Shown in pieces: positions 1 to 12,130 of a stretch of 64,000 nucleotides of DNA. The notes beneath the pieces are model-generated. The model searched no databases. It was not told the origin of the DNA and saw only the letters and a list, made by a program, of their open reading frames with translations. A program made the position numbers and the translations under genes. This stretch comes from Okamejei kenojei. Lineage: Eukaryota. The stretch is from positions 22,382,001 through 22,446,000 of the forward strand of contig CM069163.1 in assembly GCA_035221665.1 (NCBI GenBank). The letters run 5' to 3'. Position 1 is the first letter of the stretch, and each line of letters begins with the position of its first letter.

Positions 1-36
1 AATACACTCTCTTTCTCTTTTGGAAATCCCTTGCAG

Positions 37-173
37 ACCCTCGCCCCAAAGACTGCTATGACATTTTCTTGAGGGGTTACAAAGAGGATGGAATCTATTC
101 TGTTTTTCCTACCCATTACCCTGGAGGATTTCAGGTCTCATGTGACATGACTGTGGCTGGAGGAGGCTGGACA
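37..173 (+). CDS. FIBCD1: FIBCD1 internal coding exon (start of fibrinogen C-terminal domain)
   Basis: Acceptor ttgcAG (35-36), donor GTaagt (174). Translates (D)PRPKDCYDIFLRGYKEDGIYSVFPTHYPGGFQVSCDMTVAGGGWT, matching human FIBCD1 RPRDCLDV...GVYSVFPTHYPAGFQVYCDM..DGGGWT. Phase 1 to 0. Confidence 0.95.
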
Positions 174-1449
174 GTAAGTAGTCAATCTCCACCTGAAAAA
201 TGCTTTCTTCATGAAGTTCCATTTTATCTCCCAAAGCCCAAATCCAACTCAATTTTATGTTGTAATCTTATTTCATTTTAGCTCCCCATCCATTTAATCA
301 CACCAATAATCCATTCCATTTTAATTCCTAATCTCGTCCATACTATCTATCAATTATATTTCCAGATCTATTTCATTCCGTCTCCAAAATTGCATTCCGC
401 TCTCTACTTCTCATTCCTTTCATTCTCCATATTTTATTCAGTTCTCCATCTTCATTGCCTTCCATTTTATTTCCCCAGTCTCAAGCTGATTATATGCTCA
501 CAGAACAAAATTAGATAATCACTTTTTAAAATGTTCTCATCCTTGTCCCACTTATTTTCCACATTATTTTAGGCTCTATGATCCTGTCACCTAAACCTAT
601 CCATTGAATTTCAGCAACTGATTCACTAAGTCCAGACAATTTGGTTCCATTTTGATTGATATACTGATTGTTATTCTCTAGTTTTGTCCTGTCTTTGTTG
701 GCCTGGATCTGGTTTAATTGAGAGCAATGAAATCTGTTGGAAACAGCTGCTTGAAATATCATATAGAATTCACAACCAACAAACAGGTCTTATGGTCTAT
801 GCTGATGCTAATTCTTCAAATGAACCTCTTTCATGCATCGTACTTCTCAAAATGTCCTCCATACCTTTCTTCTTCATGCACTTGTGAAGCCTATTATTAA
901 ATAGATTCATAGTGTTCCCTTTAGCTATTTCTTCTGATAGACAGTTTCAATCCTGACCTTCAAATAAATATATCATTGATAAACTAATTTTGGTGGCCTT
1001 TTCCTTTGGCCTCCGCCAAAGAACAACTTCTACTCATCAAAAGGGACAAATCACAATATTGGTTGTTATTATGCCAGTAATCAAGAAGCCTGGACGGCTG
1101 ATGTTCAAATAACACCACATTTAAATTTGATTAATTTGGAATTGTGTCTGTAACAGTAGCCTAATGCCACCAGAATATTGTTTTGAATCCTTCTAATTCC
1201 TTTCAGGAAGCAAATCCACCGACTTGAAAATATATACCTTTACACAATCTGGCCTGGATGTAACTTAAAACTCTAATTTATGTAATTCTTCACTGCTCTA
1301 AGTCATTTATTTCAGGTGTCCAATTAATGTTGGCTTACTGATTTAAAAGTTTCCTAACCAGGTCATCCCTTGATAATACTATTCTGCTTGTTTTAATATT
1401 ATTTGATGTCTGCATAGTAATAGACACATGATTTAAATTTAGAGTTGTA

Positions 1450-2300
1450 GAGTCATACAGCACATAAAATTGACTATTGATGTGCCTTTCAGCCCACCAT
1501 GTCCATGCCAATCTTTTTGCCTTGCACTATCCCACTTGCCTGCATTAGATCTGTATCTTTCCATGCCTTACCCTGTCCAAATGTCTCTTAAACATGATTG
1601 TGTCTGACTCCACCACCTACTTTGGAGTGAGTTCCAGGTATCAACCATTCTCTGTGTAAAATAAACTTTCCCCTCAAATCCCTTGTGGGGAAAAGGATGC
1701 TGCTTGTCTTACTTATCTATGTCTCTTATAATTGTATCTGTCTTCATCAGATCACTCCTCACCCTAGTTCACGGGAGAGAGAGAGAGAGAGAGAGAGAAA
1801 AAAAGCCCAGCCTATCCAATCTCTCTCTATGAATAAAGTCCTATGTTTCAAGCAACATCCCAGTGTATATCATCGGCATTCCCCAATACAACCACATTAT
1901 TACTATCATACACCAACCAGAACTGCACACAATACCCTGTCTCATCAATGTTTTGTAAATTTGCAACATAACCTCCCAACTTTCATATTCTATGCCCCAA
2001 CTATGAAGGCAAGTATGTCAAGTGACTTCTTCTTCCTATCTACTTGTGTTGCCACTTTCAGGGATCCATGGATTTGAACCCCACTGTTTGTCAGCATTCT
2101 TAGTGTCCTAACATTTACTGCACATGGCCTACCCCTTTTTAATGTCAAAATCAAAATCAATCACCTCACATTTGTCAGGATTAAATTCCATCAGCCAACA
2201 CAATACCCAACTTTCCACCTGATCTATAATTTGTTGCAGCCTGAGACAACATTCCTCGCTACTTGCATCACTACCACTTTTTGTATCATTCCAAGTACTT
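1450..2300 (-). mobile_element. CR1/HER1-type LINE 3' fragment, degraded
   Basis: ORF 2129-2317 LRLQQIIDQVESW..WLMEFNPDKCEV is the CR1 RT C-terminal motif; CR1 3' UTR-like sequence near 1450-1560; (GA)n at about 1774-1797. Confidence 0.75.
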
Positions 2301-2614
2301 ATGATCATACTGTGCAAGGGAGCCAGCTGTGATTGTAGCTATAATCCTTACTATAAGCTCATCTGATTTATCTGTAAGGCTTCTTACATTAAGGTAAATG
2401 CAATTAGGCCTGTCAGATCTTCCATGTTCTGAAACATCTCACTGTCTGCTCCATACATCATGCTTAGGGTGTCATGATGTAGAGCAATATTACCTGTTGC
2501 AACTATCAGATAGCGTTGAGTTGGTGTCCATTTCTTTTGACTTCATGGATTAACATTCTCCAACCTATTGCTATCAAAATACTGAAGCGATTGTAGTGAC
2601 TGAAGAGGCTGTAG

Positions 2615-2712
2615 AGTCTGAAGAAGGGTCTCGACCTGAAACGTCACACTTACCTTCTCTCCAGAAATGCTGCCTGTCCCGCTGAGTTACTCCAGCATTT
2701 TGTGTTTATCTT
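2615..2712 (+). mobile_element. Penelope-like element terminal-repeat fragment with hammerhead-ribozyme core
   Basis: CTGAAGA-A-GGGTCTCGACCT-GAAAC-GTC followed by the gatgctgcc...ctgagttactccagcattttgtg tail also seen 3' of the GIY-YIG remnant near 63.9 kb. Confidence 0.75.
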
Positions 2713-2811
2713 CAGCATAGTGATATGTCTGTTGTGACTTTGATCCCATTCTTCCATCTTATTTGTGGCTTTTCTCTTTCACTTTATTAGATATGAATGA
2801 CTTCTCTGTTA

Positions 2812-2925
2812 ACCATATAACCATATAACAATTACAGCACGGAAACAGGCCCTCTCGGCCCTTCCAGTCCGTGCCGACCATTTGTTTTCCCCTAGTCCCA
2901 TCTACCTGCACTCAGACCATACCCC
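2812..2925 (-). mobile_element. CR1-type LINE 3' terminus
   Basis: (aaccatat)n tail followed by acagcacggaaacaggccctctcggccc, the reverse complement of the CR1 3' stem-loop. Confidence 0.7.
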
Positions 2926-3738
2926 TCCCCTCCTGTTCTATTATTTGCTTAAATTTCAAAGGAAGTCAGTTTTATTGGGGGAAGAGTGGTTTTATTTGTT
3001 ATCGGTGGGACTTTGAGCAATCTTCCTCAGCACCAAAATTTAACCCAGTGGATTCCTTTCCTTTTGCTCTTGTCTAAAATCCAACTTTCACATGCAGCCA
3101 AAGGCTCCGGGAAAACTTGCCTTCTTTTAATTTCTGTGACTTACAGGTGTATATTTTTGGGAGAAGCAAAATGCACAGATTGTCATGGGGAGAAACCCTA
3201 TAAAATCACAAGAGAGTGGGTGCAAGTGTGCAGGAGAGGATGGGTGTGTGTATGTGTATATAATGATTACCATTATAATATGTTCTTTCAAAAACAATCA
3301 TATTTAAATTCCAGTGCATGCACTAGGGATATTGTTCAATCTATGTCATGAATCAAAGGTACAAATTTGTTAATCAACCCTTGCTTCACCATATGAACCC
3401 AAATTGTTCCGAGCAGACCATTTTTATTTTGAGAGATTTTTTTGAGTAAAGCACCTTCTAAAGTTCTAAAGTAGTTTGAATTCCCCAGGTTTACCCATCA
3501 TATTAGATGAGCTCAGGCTGCTTCATTAAAGATTCTATTTGCAGCATTCAGTTGAAAGCAGTCATTTATGTACAGATTCTCCTGTGAGCCTGTTCTTGGT
3601 TTATCCAGCAATCCCTTAAAAAGCACACACACACATACACACCAGTGTGAGCCACAGTGAAACTCTGCACCACTGGATTTGTTTTGTTCATTATCTCCAA
3701 TTATCCTCCAATTGATGTCCAGATCCTATACTCTGGAG

Positions 3739-3788
3739 CAGTGCTTCTTAAACTATTTCACGTCACTGAAATAGTTTAAGAAGCACTG
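3739..3788. repeat. Perfect 22-bp inverted repeat with 6-nt loop
   Basis: cagtgcttcttaaactatttca-cgtcac-tgaaatagtttaagaagcactg. Confidence 0.9.
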
Positions 3789-4839
3789 AAATAGGTGAAG
3801 AGTCATTCACCTTTGACTCTTTATCACAAATTTTCATTCACCCTCGACTACATTTTCTTAAGTTTTTTGGTAATTTTCGTCTTATTCTCCCTTGAGTATC
3901 GTTTTATATATAATTAATTTTATCACATGAGCAAAAAACATCAACTCATTTCTTAAGCATTTATTTTATTCAACTTTTTGAACATCTTAAAAATATATAT
4001 GTAAAGAAAACTAGGAGTGGAAAAAAAAGTTTAAATACCACTGGAATTGGAAAATCATTCCATTAGAATGATTAAAAACCATTCCAACGTCTAAACACTG
4101 GGCTTCAGCCCCATCCTCCCTTTCGGGCTTTGATTACTGCAGTTTATTTTCCTGGAAAACTAGCTCAAAAAAACATGGAGTATATGATTTAATATATTAG
4201 TATCCAAGGCGCAAAGGAAAGCTTAAAGGGTGTTGGCACCAATATGTTTGATTCTCCCCTCAAATAAATCATACAGGGGAAGAAAAGGATTTTCCATTCT
4301 CCAACACTTACCTGCTTCATAGGACGTAAAATGGAAAGCAATTTTGGTGAAATCCATTCATCTTGCTTTTGCTTTCATTACGTGTAGTTCAGCCCACAGC
4401 CTTTAAATTTGTGTCATTATCTCATTGCAGAATCAAGCCTAAGCCTCAAGTTGCAGCCATGGCTTTACAGAACATCATGCATTGACTGAGCAAATCCAGC
4501 ACTTCCACACTTTCCTTCCACTTCAAAGCAGCAGCTGGTTTAAGGCAGACTAAAAGATTAGTTTATCAAATTTGTGGTGGAAGTGTGAAGGAAAATCCAT
4601 GGGGAATTATCTTCTTTTACACACAGTGACTTCTGTACATTTGTTCTTAGCTGTAAGAAGGTTTGAGATCTTTGCTGCATTTGAAGTTACGGATAGATGC
4701 ACGATTCTTCAGCTCAGTCTTTGGAAACCAGCAATTCCCTCCCATCATACTGCAGTCTCAGTAATTTATGAAACAATGGATAGATGTTTGCCTCTGTATC
4801 CTGATCCAGACCTTGTTCACAGTATTAAGCAGTGGGGAT

Positions 4840-4927
4840 AGACACAAAATGCTGGAGTAACTCAGAAGGACAGGCAGCATCTCTGGAGTGAAGGAATGGG
4901 TGACGTTTCGGGTTGAGACCCTTCTTC
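4840..4927 (-). mobile_element. Penelope-like terminal-repeat fragment
   Basis: gacacaaaatgctggagtaactcag...gggtgacgtttcgggttgagacccttcttc, same family as 2615-2712. Confidence 0.75.
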
Positions 4928-5165
4928 GCTGATATCAGTCCTGAACTGAATGTTCCCCTTCCAGTTTTGTTTTTGACCCGAAATTAAGACTTACAATAAA
5001 CCATACTCTTTGTAATCCCCCACCATGTTTATTTTGCTGGTCATAACCATTTGTCCACAATTTTTGCTGGGATGGGGGAAGGAGACGCATCATATTTATC
5101 TCTTCCGTCACTCCTAGACTGTTCAATTTTCACAAGTCTCCTTGCATCTTTTTGCATTTTTGCAG

Positions 5166-5262
5166 GTATTTCAGCGGCGGAAAGATGGATCAGTGGATTT
5201 TTTCAAAGGATGGGATGCCTACAAAAATGGATTTGGGAGGATAACAGGAGAGCACTGGTTAG
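5166..5262 (+). CDS. FIBCD1: FIBCD1 internal coding exon
   Basis: ttttgcAG acceptor, GTaaag donor. [32 protein letters not shown](G). 97 nt, phase 0 to 1, frame-compatible with neighbours. Confidence 0.95.
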
Positions 5263-7159
5263 GTAAAGAGAAAAATATCTTATTTGTGACAGGGGACGAT
5301 GCACAATCTCTCAAGCCTGCTTAGTCATTCTATAACAACATGGCTGAGCGGCATTGCAATTCAGTTTCACAGCCTTTGCTCATTTTTCTGATATCCAACA
5401 AAAACTAATTGGTCTCAAGTCTTGAAAGCTTCAATAATATCCAGAGATTTTTGTGGGGCATTATTGGCTTGGTTGAGGTGAGTGTGGAATAGACTCTGTA
5501 TGTGATGACTTATTTTCTTTCCAGTATCAAGGGGAGAGATCTGCCATTGATTTCTTGTTTTATTTTAGGAAGTTTTCCCCTATATGATTGCACCCATGCT
5601 GCTCTTTTTTAAAGACAATAATACTGTAACTCATTAGAAGAATTCGGCATGGAACATCTTCCTGCTTTTGAATCTTTGCCGGCATTAAAAATGTGATATG
5701 GTGAGAGGCAACCTGCAGTCTGGCTCAGATTGAAGATTATTTGCCATAAAATGAGAACTTGTTCTTCTATTTTGTGTCTGCTCTCTCAGGTGAAAGATCC
5801 CAAGGGCTCTAATGTCAATTGGAGCCTCAGTTTTATGCCTGAGTTTTATGATGTGCCTCCAGCAATGCAGGATTCCTTCAGAACCGTACAGGAATATAAG
5901 CTGAGATTGTGTACACCAAAAGTTGGCCTTTGACAACTCTTGGCAAAGCCAACTGAACATGAGGCCACACCATTAAAGATAATTGAGATTGTCAAGAAAG
6001 TGTCTAGAAGGGATTTCTGGAGAGGGGAAGTGAGAGATCAGAGAAACTTAGAAGGGATGGAATAGGAGACAAGATCAAGACTGAAGCTATGATTAAAGAC
6101 ACCATTGAGATTTGGAGAATTGGGTGGTGGGGAATGAATGGTGGATTGGGGACAGCAATGACATTTGGATTTGGAGAAAGAATAGTGACCTAGAGAAAGG
6201 GTTCGGGAAGAGATTCGAGACTTGGGGACTGGTCATAAAAAAATACTGATATGGAAAGCTGGGGTGATGTTACTGGTGGGAGATTTCAAATGTTTTTTAA
6301 ATGGAAGGCATGACATATTCCTCTCGGCTTAGATGAACAAGTTCCAATTGATCAGATTCATAGGGTCATGATGCTACAAAGAACGCACAGAGCAGGTGGG
6401 TAATCATTATGCAAAACACACATGGCCTACACCATAGGGGCTTCTCCTGGCATCAGACTGAAGATCACCTTACATGGCTCAGCTGATTCAAAGTACTATA
6501 TGTTATTAGAGCAGACAATGATAATTAACGCTTCCCATGCTGGCCAGCTGACCTGAATTACTTACCAAATAATTTATCCTGACAAAAGATTCCTTCCTTT
6601 TGCTTAAAATAAAGCAGTTAATACAACTTGGAGTAAGATCAATTAATAGCATGGCAATTTTCAAAACTACATGAAATAAATTTAGATTTTCAGCATCTGC
6701 ATAGTTTTTCTTTGGCTCTCAAATCTTGCCCAAGAAAATGAACAACTAAATTAATTCAGAAGTTAATTTTGTATTGATCTTTCATGTGAAGAAAGGCTTG
6801 AAGCCTTTCATAATAACAGGGCAATGCAAGTACTTTACATCCAATTAAGGTATTTATTTTAAGTGTCGGCATTTACATGCCAGCTAAATTGTGTTTAGCA
6901 ACCTTCCCCACGCAGCTTCTAACCAAACAATTTTCTTGTTCTATTCAAACTCGATCAGCAAATATTGGCCCTAGGCACTGGATAGAATGCAATTTTCTTC
7001 TTCAAATAGAAGTCTTTAAAAGTCTTCATTCAACATCTTAGCTGAAATACAGCACAGACAACAATACAAAAGTGCATCAGTTGTCATAGTGGGTATAGGC
7101 TTGGATCATGGATTTATCTGGGATCTTGTTGTGCACAACAAACAAAAAATAAAAATAAA

Positions 7160-7930
7160 CTACAGGTGCTTGAAATCTGTAATCAAAGTAGAAAGTATGC
7201 AGCAAATCAGGGAACATCAGCAAAGACAAATAGAGTTGATGTTCAGGTCCAAGACCCATCAACAGAATTGGAAAGTGAGAAAACAAGAAAGTTTCAAGAT
7301 GTAGAGAGGGAGGGGGAGAACAAATAGAACCTATCCTCTCTGTATGAAAGCCACGTCACTGCAGTTGCAAAGTAGCAGCAGCACTGGCTGCATTACTGTA
7401 CAATGGTGCTGATCATGAAAGCAAAAGGAGAATGTTGTAGGTATCCAACAGATCAGTCACAATGGAGAGAGAAAAATGCCAATGTGACAAATAGATAACC
7501 TAACAAAAAAAAAGGCTAGTTTTGGAATCAATTCAATAATTTCAGATTATTTGCATTCTCAGTTGGAGAATGTAAATAATCTGAAATTATTGAATTATCT
7601 GAAAATATTGAGAATCAAAGTCTATATTTTCCATCTGGCTAGCTAGTTGGGCTAGTATCTGTGACTCCACAATTTAATAGTGACAGAAGAGCTTATTGAA
7701 CAATGCCAGAAGCTAGACAGATATGTGAGAGTGGGAGTGGGATAGAGAATTAAAGGAACCAGCAATTGGAAGCCAGAGTTTACCCTATGGACTGCACAGA
7801 GGTGCTCAGCAAAGCAGTTACCTAATCTTTAGTTTCTCCATTGCAGAGGACACCTCATCGTGAGCACCAAATGCAATACACTAAATTGGAAGAAGTGCAA
7901 CTGAATTGCTGCTTCCCCTTAAGGACTGTG
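7160..7930 (-). mobile_element. Older Penelope-like fragment(s) with GIY-YIG remnant
   Basis: Minus strand near 7780-7925 reads FSCTSSNLVYCIWCSR*GVLCNGETK..LGNCFAEHL. Confidence 0.6.
7530..7596. repeat. 31-bp inverted repeat with 5-nt loop
   Basis: aattcaataatttcagattatttgcattctc-agttg-gagaatgtaaataatctgaaattattgaatt; one G-T pair. Confidence 0.9.
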
Positions 7931-7931
7931 T

Positions 7932-8502
7932 AGGAAGGAACTTCAGGTACTGGTTTAAACCGAAAATAGACATAAAAAGCTGGAGTAACTCAGCGGGACA
8001 AGGCAGCATCTCTGGAGAGAAGGAATGGGTGATGTTTTGGGTTGAAACCAGACTAGTCAGGGGAAAGGGAAATGAGAGATAATAGATGTTGAAGAGAGAT
8101 GAAGAGAGATAAAAAACAATGAATTTAAGATATGCAAAAAAATAACGATGATAAAGGAAATAGGCCATTGTTAGCTATTTGTTGGGTGAAAACGAGAAGT
8201 TGGTGCGATTTGGCTGGGGGAGGGATGGAGAGAGAGGGTTACTTGAAGTTAGAGAAATAAAATTTTGTATCACTGGGCTGTAAGCTGCCCAAGCAAAAAA
8301 TGAGATGCTGTTCCTCCAATTTGTGTTTAACCTCAGTCTGACAATGGAGGAGACCGAGGACAGAAAGGTCAGTGTGGGAATGGGAAGGATTAAAGTATTT
8401 TAGCAATCGGGAGATCAGGTAGGTCCAGGCGGACTGAGTGAAGGTGTTTAGCGAAACGATTGCCCAGTTTACCTTTGGTATCGCTGATGTATAAGAATCC
8501 AT
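7932..8502 (-). mobile_element. Penelope-like element 3' part (GIY-YIG C-terminus plus terminal repeat)
   Basis: ORF 8239-8502 ...FNPSHSHTDLSVLGLLHCQTEVKHKLEEQHLIFCLGSLQP, followed by the shared terminal repeat. Confidence 0.85.
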
Positions 8503-8509
8503 TATGGAT

Positions 8510-8979
8510 TTCCTCCTTCAGCCTTTTGCACTCTAAGGAATAAAGTCCTAGTTTGTCCAGCCTCTGACTATAACTTAAGGGCCTGTCCCACTATGGCGAC
8601 CTAATTTGCGAGTTTAGAAGAGTTTGCGCTCGCCACAAACCCGCAGCATGGTCGACATGTGGTCCTAGGAGGTCACTGGAACTCTCCTTCATGCTCGAGA
8701 GAAGTTCCTGCCTCAGTTTGGTCGAGGAAAATTTTTCAGCATGCTGAAAATGTTTCCGTGAGTAAGAATTGGTCGACATGGTTCTTTTGAACTCGTAGTG
8801 CAGTGGTAGTGGGGTCGCTATGTAGTTATAGGCAGTCATAGGCAATCTCCTTTGCTGACTTGGCATTTTAATTGGCTCATTGGAGTTTTCAGAACCAAGG
8901 AAAACCGACCGGTAATGTTGAATGCCCACTAAACTTTATTAAAAGTTGTCTGGCTTCTTAAAAGTGTCTCCACTCCTTT

Positions 8980-9020
<41 letters not shown>

Positions 9021-9152
9021 CTCTCTAAAGAACTTACCAGCCGTCTTTTACCTTCCTGTTCATCGCGGGTGTGAATTTCAGACAGCGCTCCCCCGCTTTC
9101 CCTGGCCCCCGCCTTTGCGGGTTGGGGGGGTGGGGGGAGGTGGGGGGGGGGG

Positions 9153-9208
<56 letters not shown>

Positions 9209-9790
9209 TTTAATCGCTCACGGTCAATCCAGCTCGAGGTGTTTCAGGCGAGTGCCTCAAGCTTGAAGGTAAAAGACAGTTGCTGAAAAGTTGAGTAAGT
9301 GGGACAGGCCCTTTAGACCCTCCTGTCCTGGCAACATCCTTGTTGATCTTCTCTGCACTCTTTCCATCTTAATGGCATATCTCCCAGAGAAGGGTGGATC
9401 AACAGAGCATAGGCTGTGCTGAACACACTACTCCGTGTGGCCTCACCAACATCTTGTACAACATAATGCAACATCCCAACTTCTATAGTCAGTTCTCTGA
9501 CTGATGAAGACCAAAACTAAAACCCATCTTCACCACCCTTTCTACCTTTGATGTCACATTCAGAGAAATGTGTACTGTACTCCTCGATCCCTCTGCTCTA
9601 CAACACAACCCAGGGCCTTTACATTCACTGTGAAGGTCCTGCCTGGTTTGACTTATACAACACCTCACACTTATTTGTATTAATGCCATTAGTTATTCTT
9701 TGGCCCGCTTGCCCAGTTGACCAAGATCCTGCTGTAATTTTTTATAATCATCTTCACTGTTTATGATACCACCTATTTTACAGTCATACT
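8510..9790 (-). mobile_element. CR1-type LINE fragment interrupted by the MITE
   Basis: Flanks rejoin as ...ctataactta|gaccctcctgtcctggcaacatcc, CR1 reverse strand; ORF 9489-9689 has VHISLNVTSKVERVVK. Confidence 0.7.
8578..9312. mobile_element. PIF/Harbinger-type MITE inserted in a CR1 fragment
   Basis: TIRs agggcctgtcccact / agtgggacaggccct, 3-bp TTA TSD (8575-8577, 9313-9315), internal poly-C (8981-9018) and (GT)n (about 9155-9204). Confidence 0.85.
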
Positions 9791-10166
9791 GTATATGGAG
9801 CCGCTTCATATTTCTTTCAGTCTGCCCATTCCAAAAATCTATACAGACAAAACAATTTAATGTGATTTGCAGTTAAAATTCTGCCAAGTAAATACTTTTG
9901 AAATGTTGTCACTATTGTAACATCAGAAATATACATTAGTATCATGCTGTTATAGTCCAGCAATAATGCCATATTATCAAAATGGTTCATATTGCATCTC
10001 AACATTTATTAGCAGTCTGGTGTTCTGCTCCAGTAGATTAAACTTGAATCTTGTTGACCTATTATGGTAAACAGTCAATCTGATGCCTATTTGTATGGAA
10101 AGTTAATGCTGTCAACTTTGTACCCTGCCCTGATGTCTCTATATGAAACTTTTTACAATTTTTTAG

Positions 10167-10346
10167 GTTTGAAGAGGATTCACGCTCTCACCATTCAATC
10201 ACACTACGAACTCCGTGTGGAGATGGAAGACTTTGAGAACAGCACAGCCTATGCTCAGTATGGGACATTTGGGATTGGACTGTTCTCAGTTGATCCAGAA
10301 ACAGACAGCTATCCACTGACTGTGGCAGAGTACACCGGAACTGCAG
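10167..10346 (+). CDS. FIBCD1: FIBCD1 internal coding exon
   Basis: ttttAG acceptor, GTctca donor. (G)LKRIHALTIQSHYELRVEMEDFENSTAYAQYGTFGIGLFSVDPETDSYPLTVAEYTGTA, including the FIBCD1-typical GLFSVDPE insert and the N-S-T sequon. 180 nt, phase 1 to 1. Confidence 0.95.
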
Positions 10347-11136
10347 GTCTCATTTTCTTTTTTTTTAAACTAACCAAGGGATTAGCTTGCAGGGTTTTGC
10401 TGAGGTTAGCAGGGAAATTTAAGAAGATGTCAGGAAGAAGTTAACAGGCTCGCAGTAAAAGATTTTCAGCAAAAGATGGTGAGCATGAAGGGACAAAGGG
10501 GGAAAAAAAGCAATTATTGTGCAGCATAATCAGATTAACAAGTAATACAGGAGAGAATTTACAAATGGGAGGAAATAGAAAGATGAGATTATCTGGAGAT
10601 ACAATGAAGAGGTCATCCAATAATGCTTTCAGCCAATGAACTACTTTTGAAATAAAGGCTCCAATAAAAGATAGGGCATAAGGCTGCCAAATTGAACAAA
10701 CGAGTATCCCATTTAACAATAATAAAATAGTAAATAGTTAATCAATTTTAAGGTGTTAAGGGTTCATTTTTGTTCAGAACACTGAAAAATTCCATTGCTC
10801 TTCTTTAAAACAACAACAACAATGGTATATTTTTGTATATACCTCAAAGGGCAGAAGAGCGCTCATATTAATATCTTAACCAAAAGATGTCACTTCCTTC
10901 AATGCAACACTTCCAATGTGGTACACAGAGTATCGGCTTGGATTATGTACTCTCTACAGTGGAATTTAAAGCCACAATCTACTGACCCATTGGAAAGGAC
11001 AAAACCACTGAACCACAGTTTCAAACAGGAAATGGTAATGAGCATGATCTATCATGAAGGCAGGGGTGGCGTGCGTGATAAGCTCGTGACAGGGCTGTTC
11101 GAAAGCAGTGCAGTAACCATTAGCTTCTTCCTACAG

Positions 11137-11396
11137 GGGACTCCCTCCTGAAGCACAGCGGCATGAGATTCACAACGAAGGATCGCGACAATGATCTCTC
11201 CATGAATAATTGCGCTATGTTCTACCATGGCGCCTGGTGGTACCATAATTGCCATACTTCTAACCTCAATGGCCGATATCTGAAGGGCCACCACACCTCT
11301 TATGCAAATGGAATCGAGTGGTCCTCCTGGACCGGCTGGCAATATTCACTCAAATTTGTAGAGATGAAGATCAGGCCAAAAAATGGAGGACAATAA
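11137..11396 (+). CDS. FIBCD1: FIBCD1 terminal coding exon
   Basis: cttcttcctacAG acceptor. (G)[85 protein letters not shown]. Ca-binding D-x-D and acetyl-binding-site residues (FY, CH, YA, W) are retained. Confidence 0.96.
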
Positions 11397-11659
11397 AAAA
11401 AGAGGTTTAGCAATGTGACTCAATCCTTGATTGCTGACAAGTATTGAGTTCATGAAACAGTTTCATGCATAATTTTAGTAAAGCATTGTGCACATGCACA
11501 CATGGACCGTATATATGACATACAAACACATGTCCAGTACAAATATGCATTATTAAATGCCATATACATTTGCAAACAATACATACATGTGTACATTAAA
11601 TGTGGATGTGTTTCTATATGTATGTACATGTATATGTTATTATGAAGCTAATGTGTAAT

Positions 11660-12130
11660 GAATGCCCTGGTTACACCACATCTGGAGTATTGTGTAAACT
11701 TTTGGGGACGGCACCTGGAATTCACACAATGTATCAGGCTCAAAGAATTGTATTTTGAGGACAGACTGAGTAAATTAGGCTTGTATTTCCTTGAATTAAA
11801 AAAAGGTTAAGGATGATTTGACGCGTATTTCGAATTTTGAAATAACTTATTCAGGTCGATGGAGGAGAAACTTTTTTTTCTGCTGGTTGCAAATTATTGG
11901 TTAAGTTTGAAATAGATCATTAACAAGAGAAGTTAAAAATACATCACTCAAAGAGTTTTAAACAGAGACATTTCTTTCACAGTAAAGAAATGCTGACTTA
12001 ATAATGATTTCATAATTACGATTAATAGCAGTGGGTATAAAAGAATTGAAACTGAAATGGAGTTAGGATATACGTTAGTCATGATCTGACAATGATATAA
12101 TACGATCAGGGGGCTGAATGGCTGACTCCC
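11660..12130 (+). mobile_element. Degraded CR1 LINE 3' fragment
   Basis: ctggttacaccacatctggagtattgtg encodes LVTPHLEYC; ggggctgaatggctgactcc 3' end. Confidence 0.65.

Noticed and set aside
11052-11342. 96-aa antisense ORF over the FIBCD1 last exon
   Set aside because: Shadow ORF of the coding strand; no independent evidence.
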